DNA of 64,000 bases from Euglena gracilis. Its lineage: Eukaryota. Position numbers and translations under genes: made by a program. Shown piece after piece: positions 12,045 through 39,652 of this stretch (the stretch's first letter is position 1; every line of letters starts with the position of its first letter). The stretch is from assembly GCA_039621445.1 (NCBI GenBank), contig CP154954.1:10931521-10995520 (forward strand), in the 5' to 3' direction. The notes beneath the pieces were generated by a model. The model was not told where the DNA came from. It did no database searches and worked only from the letters and a program-made list of their open reading frames with translations.

Positions 12045-14265
12045 GGGGGGGGGGGTGGGGGGGGGGGGGGGGGGGGGGGGTGGGTGTTGTGATTGTGGGC
12101 CGTTTCAGTTCTAAACAAATTCTACATGAAATGTGTGGACACGATATTGTGACACACTTTTCCTGGTATATGCCTATGTACGTGGCAGCTTCCCAGTGCA
12201 GTGGGGATTTTACTCCTTCGCCATTTTACTTCATCAGCCAAATTATCAAAATTATCCCAAAAATTGAATTGTCCCAAGTGTACCAGGGGAGGTGTCTTTG
12301 AAGATCGGGGGGGGGGGGCTTCCCCCCCCCCAAGGAAAAGTGTTTTGGTGGGATGGGATCTGGTTGGCTTGTCCTCCTCCCACAGAGTGGCACTCCGGCT
12401 GACAAATGCTTCGGCTTGTCACTGAAGGCTCGGCTTTATTGTGAGGTTTTGGTTTTCAGAGTGATTTCTGCCCCCAAAAAATTTGGGTCATATCAATGGC
12501 AGCAACCTGGGTCCCTCCCCCCAAGAGTGCGCCCGCCAGAGGCTCTGATTATTTTGATTGACCCCCACCGCTTGCATTGCCGACGGGGCTACCTCAACAG
12601 TCTTGACCCATTGGGCGGGACCCGCCCTGGAGGCGATCGTGCAGTTGTAGTCGGCAGTCAGGCGGATGGGCAATGGGCTCTGGAAGGGCCGCCGCGTGAG
12701 GCGTGAGTATGGGTTGTACAGGGATGGCGGCCATCCTGGACGAGGGGAGCGCGGGCGACCAGAAGCCACCTTTGGGATGTCGCCGCAAGACACACAACAC
12801 CTTTTACTCACTGGGTTGTACCTTGTTGCCAACGCGGGCCAAATCCTGCCCGATCATCTTTGACAAACAAATGAATGCCTCGTGCAGGTGCGTTAATAAT
12901 GGTTGGGTGCAGTGACATGGTTGGCTGAATTCCCTGAGGATCGAATAGGGTGCAGGGCGTCGCTTAATTTGAAGTGGACCCCATCCCTGGGGGGGGTCCA
13001 GCCAGCCAGCTGCCTATTTCCAGCCCCGGACCCCCCTCCCCCCATTGACGAGTTTTGGTAATTTTCCAGCCGCTCTTCGGCAGGATGGTAATGGATTTTT
13101 CATTTTTGGGGTGCAAAAAAAACAAAGTCGGTCGGGGGTTTGATTTTTTTTGGTACCCGGTTCGACCCCAGGTCGGGCCCAGCTCCAGCCGGGGGATATG
13201 TAATTTGGGGCCAATTATTTGGGTTTGATATACTTCTTGTGGACTCGACTTAGCTTACCAGGTTTTTTTTGCACAGAAATTGAGGAGTGAACACCCTATT
13301 AGGGCGTCGCTTAGTGAGTCCCGGGGGGTCAAGCTCAGAGGGTGGAAAATTTGGGCCTGCTGGAAAAAGGCTGCTGGCTGACTGCCCCCCCCCCATGGGG
13401 TCCCCCCCTCAGTATTGCGGTAAAGTCCCAGGGCAGAAGGAGATAAAATCACAAAAAAATATTGCCAAAATCACGAAAATCGATGACATTTGGTCAGAAA
13501 TTGTTTCAAAAGATCATTTATTGTGCAAAAAAAAAACAACCAGAATTGCCAAAAAGGGGGCTGGTTTGCCTGATGGAGATTTTTTCCAGCCATTTTTTGA
13601 CTTTGAATTTTTTGTTGAAATTATGAACACCACCCAAATTATAAAAACCCCCCGACCCCCAGAACCTCGACTGAGTGTCCAAACATTAAATTGGGGGTTA
13701 TTTGGGTGGGGAGCTATTCCTTCCAACCCCCAGCTCTTCTCACCAAATGCAAAGTTCAAGATTTTCTTTTCGACCCACCTGATGGTCTTAATATCAAACT
13801 GCAGTTTCTATGGAGCCTGTGTGAAAGCCAAAATTTTGCAGCCATCCTTTTTTGGTCCATTTCCAGGATTGAGAAATTTAGCATTGTGTGTGAATTGTGT
13901 GTGAAAATAAAGAATTTTGGTGTCATTTTTTTATTTATTCAACCTTCGGCCTCGCCCCCCTCGGGTTCCCTTTTAGTCTGCAACCGGTCGAATGTAATCG
14001 CCAAGGGTCGCACGTGCACACACACAATTCTCCCCACACGCCTACACACACGCCACACACACACGCCACACACACCCACACCCACACCCACACCCACACC
14101 CACGCACCGACACACCGCCACACACACCCACCCCCCCCCCCCCCCGCACACCCCCAAGCTCCAGCCACCGTGGCGTGGCTAGGCAACAGTCCACCGCCCA
14201 TGATGTTTTGTTTATGTGATTAGCAGCCCAGAACACGTGCTTCCCTCCCCAGGTCCCTATCCAAC
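7720..14265 (-). CDS. Probable multi-exon host gene, uncharacterised (partial)
   Basis: Three phase-compatible GT-AG exons on the minus strand: 14265-14152 (WIGTWGGKHVFWAANHINKTSWAVDCCLATPRWLELG), 12735-12593 (WPPSLYNPYSRLTRRPFQSPLPIRLTADYNCTIASRAGPAQWVKTVE) and 11680-11635 (FATVMIDAFTGASTS). GC-rich segments near 10.9, 10.2, 9.3, 9.0 and 7.8 kb are candidate further exons whose junctions I could not resolve. Start codon not identified. Confidence 0.45.
9093..9212. mobile_element. Short MITE with internal TTTTCCGCAA repeats (relatives at about 7560-7715 and 18273-18894)
   Basis: Terminal inverted repeats CAGGGGGGAATTGATAT...ATATCAATCCCCCC; flanks GTGGCTGG/GGGGCTGG match 7/8, like an 8-bp hAT-type target duplication. 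Confidence 0.7.
11954..12084 (+). repeat. ~130-bp poly-G tract
   Basis: Near-pure G run with a few T interruptions. Confidence 0.95.
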
Positions 14266-14973
14266 CTAAAAGAAAAAATATGTTGTTGTCAATTCATCCC
14301 GGTATGTCCCACACCCTCCCCACACATCCCCCCACGGTGCCCGCACTTAAGTGTGGTATTGTTCAGCGGAATGGTTAAGTGTGTTAGTTAAGTGTGAACG
14401 GAATTGTTAAGTTAGTTAAGTGTGGAATTGTTCAGGGGAGGGGGGAGTTAGCCAGCCCAAAGTTTCCAGCCTCTGAGCTGGACCTGGGGGGGGGGGATTA
14501 ACCCTCCCATTTGAGTGCACGTTTTTTTGACCGCATTTTCGGGTCCTCAGGGGGGCGAAATTATTAGCCACTGCCTGAAATCAGTTCAGTGTGAACTGAC
14601 TTTATTGCGGTGGGGGCGTTTTCGGGCTTCGTTTTTCGGGTGCTCACAGGTGTGACACGACACCATTTGGGCACCGCGCATTGAAATGGGGAGGGCAGGG
14701 CTGTATCGGAATCCCCACAACTCTATGGGTGGTGGGTGGGGAAGGTCTAACCCCCCCCCCTCCAGGCTTTCCCGTATTTCCACGAGCACCGATTTTTGGG
14801 TCAAATCTTCACCGCCGAAAGGATTTGTGCGGGTGGTGTGGTGGGTGGAGAGGGTCGACCCACCCCCGGTGGGGAGGGGGTCGACCCCCGCCCACGAGGC
14901 GCACAGCCCTAGGGGGGGGGGTACCGGAATAAACTCACGCCTGCTTCACACATGAAGCTTCACGCCAGACCCG

Positions 14974-15010
14974 CCCCCCTCCCTCCCGTGCGCCATTTCT
15001 GTTCCCGCAG
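14974..15010 (+). promoter_or_regulatory. Candidate spliced-leader trans-splice acceptor for the fucosyltransferase gene
   Basis: Pyrimidine-rich tract ending TTCTGTTCCCGCAG, 14 nt before ATG 15025, with no upstream + strand exon seen. SL trans-splicing is established in Euglenozoa; its use at this site is inferred. Confidence 0.55.
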
Positions 15011-15024
15011 CCGCGCCCCACCCC

Positions 15025-31188
<16,164 letters not shown>

Positions 31189-31235
31189 CGATTTGCAATG
31201 TGCTGCTGCAATCGGGGGCCCATCACTGGTCTGGA

Positions 31236-31428
31236 TGTGTGTGTCTTGTGTTGTGTTGTGCTGTGTTGTGTTGTGTTGTGTTGTGTTGTGTTGTGTTGTG
31301 TTGTGTTGTGTTGTGTTTTGTTATTTTTGTTTGTTGTGTGTGTGTGTGTGTGTGTGTGTTGTGCGTGTTTTGTGTGTGTTGTGTGGGTGTGTGGGTGTGT
31401 GGGTGTGGGTGTGGGTGTGGGTGTGGGT

Positions 31429-31513
<85 letters not shown>

Positions 31514-31534
31514 TGTGTGTGTGTGTGTGTGTGT

Positions 31535-31578
<44 letters not shown>

Positions 31579-31600
31579 TGTGTGTGCGTGTGCATGTGTG

Positions 31601-31699
<99 letters not shown>

Positions 31700-31720
31700 T
31701 GGGTGTGTGGGTGTGTGGTG
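31236..31720 (+). repeat. Compound (TGTGT)n/(GT)n/(GCGT)n microsatellite just 3' of the fucosyltransferase stop
   Basis: Direct reading. Confidence 0.95.
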
Positions 31721-31953
31721 CATGTCTGGGTGCCTGGATGTGCGGCAGAATAGGATGTGCGCGCCTTGTTGTCAAAACACCCTCCTACCTAACTTTTTAA
31801 AAAAAAAACTTTTAGCGACCAAATTTTTGACCAACTTTGTGAGTCACACCGACCAATGTAGTGCACAACTTTTAGGTGCTGAATTTATTTTGGTAACACA
31901 AGTTCCATTTGCTCAACTTCCCCCACGCGTTCCATCTCTGCAGGTGACCGCGT

Positions 31954-34900
31954 TTACCCCTGGAGCCCTTGACCGTCCGACAAAGCCGTGTGGCACGCTG
32001 GCCTGCATTGTTGCCCCAGACAAGGCTTTTCTGCCTTCGGCCCACAGATTCACTTCACTTTTGTGTTGTTCCACTCCCAAGGGGTGGGTGGTTTCGAAAG
32101 TGGGTGGGCGGGTTGGGGCTGCTGTCAGGGATTTTTTAAAGGTTTTGCCTGGGCGGGGAAGGTGGATGGGTTTGTCTGCTGGACCCCCACCACCCCCTGG
32201 GGGTATCCCCCAAGGGCCCCGTGGGTGTCCCACTAGAGGCAGGGGTTTGGCCATTTTTTTGGTCTTTTTTTTTGGCGTGAAGCACCGGAAATTTTTTGTG
32301 TGTCCCCGGACCGGACCCAAAAAAGCCTGTCACCCGGACCCCTCTCCCTTTCCGGGGGGGGGGGGTACCCCCTGGTTGGGTGGGGACACCTCTCCCTGGG
32401 GTCAGTCCGGCCTAGCCAAAGGCCAGGCTGATTATTTTTTCAGTGGTTTTCGGCCAATTTGGGTTTAGTTTTTGGGTGGGTGGTTGACCACTCCCCCAGG
32501 GTCGTTGATTTTTCATAAAAAAAAGTCCCCCCCCCAAAGTTTCAAAAAGGGCCGATTCCGGCATGAAGAGTTGGATGAACTCAGCAATGCAACCTTTTTT
32601 TGAGGTTCTGACCATGTCCTCATGGTCATGCTTGGACGCACCCCTCCCCCCCCCCAGGGGTGCTAATAAACGAAATGCCTTGAAGCCCACCTGCAGTGCC
32701 ATCCACCTTTCCGTCGTCGGAAAGGACACGCAGCGGGCATTGGCGCAGGGAGCAACTCCCAGCACACTTTCTATCGACGGCCTTGGCCTCAGCAGGACCC
32801 CATGGCACTGCTGAATGACTTTGCCCCACGCCCGAAGTCATCCAAAGTGTCTGCCGCTGTGGCCACCGGACATGACGCCGACCACATCGATGGCGGGATG
32901 TGTTTGTGTGTGAGGACTGCGTGTTGTACAGAAGTGATGGTGGCAACGTCAGCTCGCTCCGGTATTGCGATGTAAACCCCTCCCTAATGAAACCGTGGGA
33001 CAGCAACGAGTGCAGGATCCAGATACAAGCACCCCCAGTGCCAAAGGCAGCCAATGGAGGGGGGGGGGCACTACAAGTGCACCGCCATTTTTGATGACAC
33101 TTCTGAAGGAAACCATTAATCATTAGGCTGGAGAAGCTCACCCCCGGGGAAGTTGCCGCTGAAAATCCTAATTCGACAAAACGAAACTTCTTTTTTCCAA
33201 GTATTATTTTCTCGTTCACCTTCTCGGGTGGGGGGGGGGTCCAGCTGGCCAGCATTTTTTTTTTCACAGCCAGCAGCTCCCAGCCAGGCCTGCAGACCCC
33301 GGGGATCCACTGAAATGAAGTTTGGGCCAGCCCAGCACAACCAGGCTGAGCAAAAAAAAAATAACAAAACGAAGTCAAAAATGGCCAAAATGGTGTTTTT
33401 AAGAGTTTGGGGGGTTCCAAAAAATGTGTTTGAAAAAAATTAACCCGGCTGGATTTGGGCTTCTGCCATTTTTCAGGAACCTGCTGGGTCCAGCTCGGCA
33501 GCCGGCTGCCACCCCCCCCCCTTCCTGCACTCCCCACCCCCACCTCCTTTCCGGCTGGACTCCCGGCTGGGGGGGGGGTGATGGACTGTATGAAAATGGA
33601 TTGCATGGTGGACTGCAGTAAATGCAATAAAAAGCAAGCACCTCAAACACACGATGGCAATCCTAAGCAAATAAACAAAGGCCATTCAATGTTAGGATCC
33701 CTTTCAGAGTATTTCTTGAAACCCCGTCGTTGTTTCAAGCAGTGAAGCAGGCTGAATGTGTTTCAACCTTGAAAACATGAATTTGTTCTATTTGGGTGTG
33801 CTTATGAGGTCAAATACGCTCAAATAAAACATATGCAATAAATATAATAAATAAAATGTTGCACGTCACATACCATATTTGTATTTTTTAATAATATAAA
33901 TAATTTATAATTGGTATGCAAACATGACATGAATGCTGAATGAAAATATAATTTTACTGCTTTTTGAAGTTGTTTTTTCATGTGTTTCTGTTCTGTGTGT
34001 TATGTTTCTGTGCCTTTTATTTAATAAACGTATAATGGATATGTATATGTACAATATGTGTGTGCTTGTATGCATATGTCGACAAATGTGGATGTCAGGA
34101 CCTGCATGGGGTGGTGTATGAAGCTCGCGGTGGGTCGCAGAATACTGTTTGGAAAAGCATTATTCTGGAAAAACACTATTTGGAGAAATATCACTTTTAA
34201 TGCCTTTTTTATCCCTGTCACTCGTCGTCTTCTATAACCAGGCTTTTCAAAGTCGACACACAGGCATTTGATCATTTTATGGCTTTTTCCACAAAAGGAA
34301 TGGCAAATGGCTCCCCAACTTTGTGCTAAAATGAACAAAATATTTTTTAAACCCAATGCCAAGAATCACAAAGTCATTTGTTTTATCTCCATGGAATAAA
34401 ATCCAACCCTAATAATAAACCCAAAAAGTATTTTATAAGGGAAAATAATATTATAAATTAAATAAGTGAAATTATCCCTGGCGTTAACCCTAACCCTGAC
34501 TTTGCTCCTCACCTTAACCCCATCTTTATCCCTATCTCCAACCCAAATAACCCTCTTCCCAAACCCCAACCTTGCCAAAACATGCAAGCATCCCAAGAAC
34601 TTTCAAAGGAGATGAGAAACACCAGTTCGACGGGTTTATTGCCATACATCTGAATAGTAATCATCATCAACAGCAGCATCAGCATCATGATCATCATCAT
34701 CATCATCATAATTGTAATCATAATCATAATCATAATCATAATGAAAATCATAATCACAATCATAATCATAATCATAATCATAATCATAATCATAATCATA
34801 ATCACAACAACAACAACACCACCACCACCACCACCAACAATAACAACAACAACAACAACAACAATCGCAACATGATAATAGTAATCATCATGGGAATCGG

Positions 34901-37900
34901 GGTTAGGTGTATTTTTTTAGTCGAATATGCCAATCTAATTCAGCTTAAATCCATCTCGACCTAAATTTCGGCAGAGTTCCAGAGTGCCAGGTGTTTTCTT
35001 TACACCTGACACTTTTTTTTTAATGGAATTGAAGTTCTCACCTTTTTTTGTTACATTTGCCCATTTCCAATGCATTGAAGGTATTCAGAAACTGAAAATT
35101 AAGGGGAAAATAGCAAACCCTCCAATATCCTCCTAACCAATTCACCGCTGCGCCAATTCCTGGCACCCCCCCCACCCAATGTCACTGCCCCCCCCCCACC
35201 GCTATGGGACGGGGCCAGTACTATGATACAGATGCTGTCATGTTAAACGTATTGTCGAAGCTCCATGGAACCTGAGGGTCGCCCAAAGGCCAATACCCTG
35301 TTTTATTATGAGTCAGCCAGGCCCAAAGTTTTCGATTGTTATATAAAAATCTCTCCAAAGCCTTCCCCGGTGCACATTTTCCCCCTCTGCAGAGCTTGTT
35401 GTGGTGATGGTTTTTGATTGATTCGTTCAAACACCGCTTCGATATGGCTTTTGAGTATGCCCTTCTTTGAGCAACGATGAATTCTCTCCCTCTCCGCCTT
35501 TTTTTCACCGTGTGTGGGTGAAGCAGAGTATGCACCAAAACCTCTAAATGTGTTGATAGTGTTCATTTTGTTCATGAGTTTCATCATTAGATTAGTCGGA
35601 CAGTTTTCATTTGCAAAACATTTTCGTGGAAGATCTGGCAACAGATCCTCAGGCAACAGTGGGCTTGGGAGAGTTTTGTAAATAAAGCCTGATAAGTAGT
35701 TTCATCCAAACTTGTGTGAGAGAAACTGAAGCATTACCAAGCCCAAAAAACAAAGCCCCAATCCCCTTGGAGGAGGGCAGTCCTTCCTACCCATTGCCCC
35801 CCACCACAGTCGCGCACATGAATACATGCATGCATGTGTGCCTGCGGCCTTTTGTGCCGAAGCTGACACATTCACACAATCGCATAAAATCTGCCCAGAG
35901 CCTCGTGCGGTTTCATTTCTCATGGATTCAAGGCCGCGATTGGACAGTTCAAGTTTTTGTGGGAGAGGGGTATATTTTCCGGGAAGATCATTCTCCAGGT
36001 ATCAATATGTTAACCCCTCCCCTGAATCGAAGCCCCCGGGGACTATTATTCGTTGGAACGTTGGTCGAAAACTGAGGGGGGGCTGGAGGACTTCTATTCG
36101 GGGGGGGGGGGTGCACTACTCGCAAAAGTGGTCGAAAAACAGAGCGTCTGAGAATTATCGAAGAAATTTCTTTGTGGGTCTACATGTCATTCAATCACTT
36201 AGTCACTGGCCGACCCCCCCCCAGGGTGGGTGACTGGTTTTTTCAGAGTGACTGGTTTTTGGCCCGGACCCCCTCCTCCCCGGGGGGGGGGGGGTCGGAA
36301 AAAAACTACTAAAGTGACCCGGCGCCGAAGGTGCTTTTTTTCATGTTTTTGGTCAAATTTCTTTTGGATTCCAGAGTGGCCGACCCCCCCGGGGGTAGTG
36401 ACTGGCTGGTTTCCCAAGAAAAGTGATTGACTGGTTTTTCGAAGAGTAGAGTGACCCCCCTCCCCCCCGGGGGTTCGTAAAAAATTGAATGCTACATGTC
36501 CTACCTTTCCAAACCATGTCAAATTTGCTGCAAATGTTGCTCTTGTGGATGCATTGGATCATTAAACGTAAAACCACCCAACCCTCATTTAACCAATGGC
36601 TGAAGAAGCCAAAGCACTTGCCGTCTCAATTGACAGACAACCCACGGGTAGGGCCTATTATTCGAGAGGGGTGGCACTATTTGGAACGTTGGTCGAAAAA
36701 CGAGGGGGAGGCTTCTATTTGGGGGGGTTGTACATTTTTGGAGGTTCTGATCCAATACCACCAATTCTTGGCGAAATTCCAGCTGGGAACGATTTCTTCT
36801 ACTCTATTGCCAAAACGCCACAAAATGAAATGTTCAAGGGGTTTTCTCATTCCATGGTGGCTGCGCAGCATGTGGACACCAGATGTTTTTTTTAAGTTTA
36901 CTGACTCGGGGGGACCCCACCAAAGGTTTTTTTAGGGCCTGGGGGGACCCACTTTTGGCATCAGTTTTGGGGTCCAAAATTGATGGGTTCCCATTTGGTG
37001 GGGGTACGTTGTTCGCCCCAAAAGAAGTTATTACTGGGAGAGGGTTTTTCTTTGGGGGGGGGGTGGAAACCTACTCCCTCACCCCCCTGGTTTGTTTCTA
37101 ATTGAGAAAAATGTGCTCGAAATCTGTTCCGACAAAATAAATCTTTGAAACTGTCAGCCATAAAATTTGGGAACACAAATTTCCTGGAAGCCAAGTCTCG
37201 CGTGGGTGGGCAGGGAATTTCGGGGCCCAATACCGAGGCCTGGGCCTACATCCCTTTCACCCCTGTGCGACCCCAGCCCCCTCGGGGGGATGGAAAGTGG
37301 GTGGGTGGGTTTGGGCCCCCCCAGGCCAGCACCCCCATAGCTCCCCCAAATGGCCAAAATTGGCTTAAGATGCTTTTTTGACCCCCCCTATAGATGGGGA
37401 TCCCTAAAATGGCCTAAAATGGCCCAAAATGACCTAAAACGGGAAGAATTCTGCTGCGCAACTTTTTTTTCTGTGAACAATCGAAGTCCTTCAGGTGAGG
37501 ATATCCAGTGGCTTTTGTGTATGTAAGCGGCAAACGGTGGATTTGGCGGACGATGGTGGAAGAGCACAGACCCACAAGGCTTTTTTTTTATATCCCAAGT
37601 AATGATTACGTCCTGAAAATCCATAATCCCCAACCATCTCACCCGCTTGTGTGCTAATTGCTTATGATGCCTGTTTTAATGCAATGCATTTATAGCAAAA
37701 ATGGCCTAATATGGCCTAAATGGGATTAAAGTGGTCTAAAACGGCCTAAAACAGCCTAAAAATGTCCTAGAAAACTTTTTGCAGCATGAAAATAATTTTT
37801 TTGTTATCTATTAATGTTATTGCCATGTGTGGACACCTGAAATGATTATTTGACCCATTGAAGACGTTATACAGGTTGAATGGTGCAAATGGCAAATGAT

Positions 37901-39516
37901 TGTAACTTCTGGTAGGGTGGGGATCCCATGCTCTTGGCTTCAGCAAACCTCTCCAGCAAAAACCTCAGCCGAGGCAACTGGAATTATAAATTAAAAAGTG
38001 AAAAGATTGTGATTGCTTGAAAAGATTGTGATTTCACGCATTTCACCTCCATTTGGGTAATATTCGATTTTCACATTCGGAGCAATTGTCCCATTATGCA
38101 TCGATTTTTGAAGTTTTTGAAGTTTTTGAGTTGGGAAAATACAAAGTTTGGTATCAATGCTGTTGGATTTCTTCAGAAAAGGGTTTTTGTATTCATCGTT
38201 TTACCTGTCTTTTTAGCATTTTGTCCAACATTTTTCGAGTTTTTTTTTCCTGTGATAAATCCTAACCCCCCCCCCGAAAAATGGCCCATGGGGTTATTAT
38301 TCGGACACTCGATTGAAATCTCAGGGGGGCTATTATTCGGGGGGCTACTGTTTGGATTTTTTTTTACGGAAAATGGGCCCCCCTGCCAGGGATTTTTTTT
38401 AGTCGTGGACCCCCGGGGGGGAGGGGGGGGGTAGGGTGGGTGGGTCCGGCCGAGCCCCCCCCCCCGGGGGGGTCCCCCCGGAGGGGGGTGGGATATACTT
38501 TTCGGCCGAATTTTTTTTTGAAAAAGCGCTATTTTTAGCATTTTTCGTGATTTTTTTGTGGGTCCCCCCGGCCCCCCCCCCCCCGCCCCCCCCGGGGGTG
38601 GGTGGGTGGGTGGGGGGGACCCCTCCCCCCCGGTCTTAAAAAAAAACCCCTGCCCCCTGCAGAAATGCCCTCAAAATGCCTATTCCCCTTCTTTAAAGGA
38701 CCCTCCTGTCAAGATGAGTGAGTGGTTTTTGTGTGCAAGTGACTGGAGCAGTCACAATACCTCCATTTGACCCCCAACTCCCCGAGGGGGTACTTTCGAC
38801 TCTGCCATTTTGCCAAGGTGAGTTTTCAAATGTTGAGCCGGGGGAGAGGGGGTTCCCCCTGGGGGGCATCCCCAAGAGCCCTGTCGGTCCTTGCTGGAGG
38901 CAGGTCTTTGGCCCTAAATTCAGCGCCGAAATTGACCCCAAAATTGCCCCCCCCCCCAAGGGGTTTGGGGATACCCCTGCATGGTTGGGGGGACCACCCC
39001 CAGGTCTTAAAGAAAATCCCGGTGGGTTCGGACTTTCACCTCCAAATTTTGGCTGAAGAATTCCAACCCAGGTGGTGGATTTGGGATATTTGTGCCAGTT
39101 TCCGGAGACGATTCGGGTCTAGGCCCAGGAGCTAGTGGGCCCCACCGCTCTTGGGGGGCAGCTCCTGTTTCCAACTGGCTGGCTGCCCCCCCCCATGGGG
39201 GGTCTTTAAATTGTCCCCTGGTTGTGACTGCAAAATGAGCGTTGTTCATTCCTCTTCACCTTGGGGGACGGCGAAGTTGGGGTAGCCTGGCGCAGCTGGG
39301 CTGAGGTTAAAAAAAAAAACGTTCTTGTTCTGGTACGAAGTGCTTCTTTGGGGGAAGCGGCACAAAAGACCACAAATGGTGTTTTTTGAGTATTTTCTTT
39401 TTTTGAGTTTTTTTGTTTCTCCAGTTGAAAAATGCCAACCCAGCTGTGTTTGGGTTTCCCCTTTTTTCGTGTACCAAGTCCAGCTTGACAGCCAGTGACC
39501 CTTGATTCTTGTTCAT
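31954..39516 (-). CDS. Multi-exon host gene, uncharacterised (5' exons good, 3' part tentative)
   Basis: Phase-compatible GT-AG exons 39516-39440, 39300-39260, 38801-38761 and one starting at 37977 give MNKNQGSLAVKLDLVHEKRGNPNTAGPAAPGYPNFAVPQESKVPPRGVGGQMELPRLRFLLERFAEAKSMGSPPY. Coding-like minus segments near 36.8, 35.3-35.7 and 32.7-33.0 kb, and a possible last exon ending TAA at 31954, are assigned by inference. Confidence 0.55.
34656..34866 (+). repeat. Compound (CAT)/(AATCAT)/(CAA)/(CAC) microsatellite
   Basis: Direct reading. Confidence 0.92.
37385..37582 (+). repeat. Dispersed repeat family with AAAATGGCCT decamers (homologue at about 43615-43822; decamers also at 37698-37770, 43560-43690 and 45080-45125)
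   Basis: CTATAG.TGGGG.TCCCTAAA ... AATTCTGCTGC.CAAC ... GTGGATTTGG ... GAGCACAG.C.CACAAGGC shared by both loci. Confidence 0.8.
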
Positions 39517-39652
39517 CAAAGAAAAATTTTATGTTCACCAAATTTTATATTCACCACTTTGTGAACCCATTGAATGAGTTTCTGATCAAGGTGTGACCTC
39601 CTAAGGCATTATTTTTGACAAAGTAGTAGCATTCACACCCGGCATTCCCACC

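Noticed and set aside
13145-13190. tRNA-like GGTTCGACCCC T-loop motif
   Set aside because: No cloverleaf or A box; similar GG(T/G)TCGACCC motifs recur in dispersed repeats.
34484-34575. Telomere (CCCTAA-like) sequence
   Set aside because: Only two or three degenerate units, interstitial.
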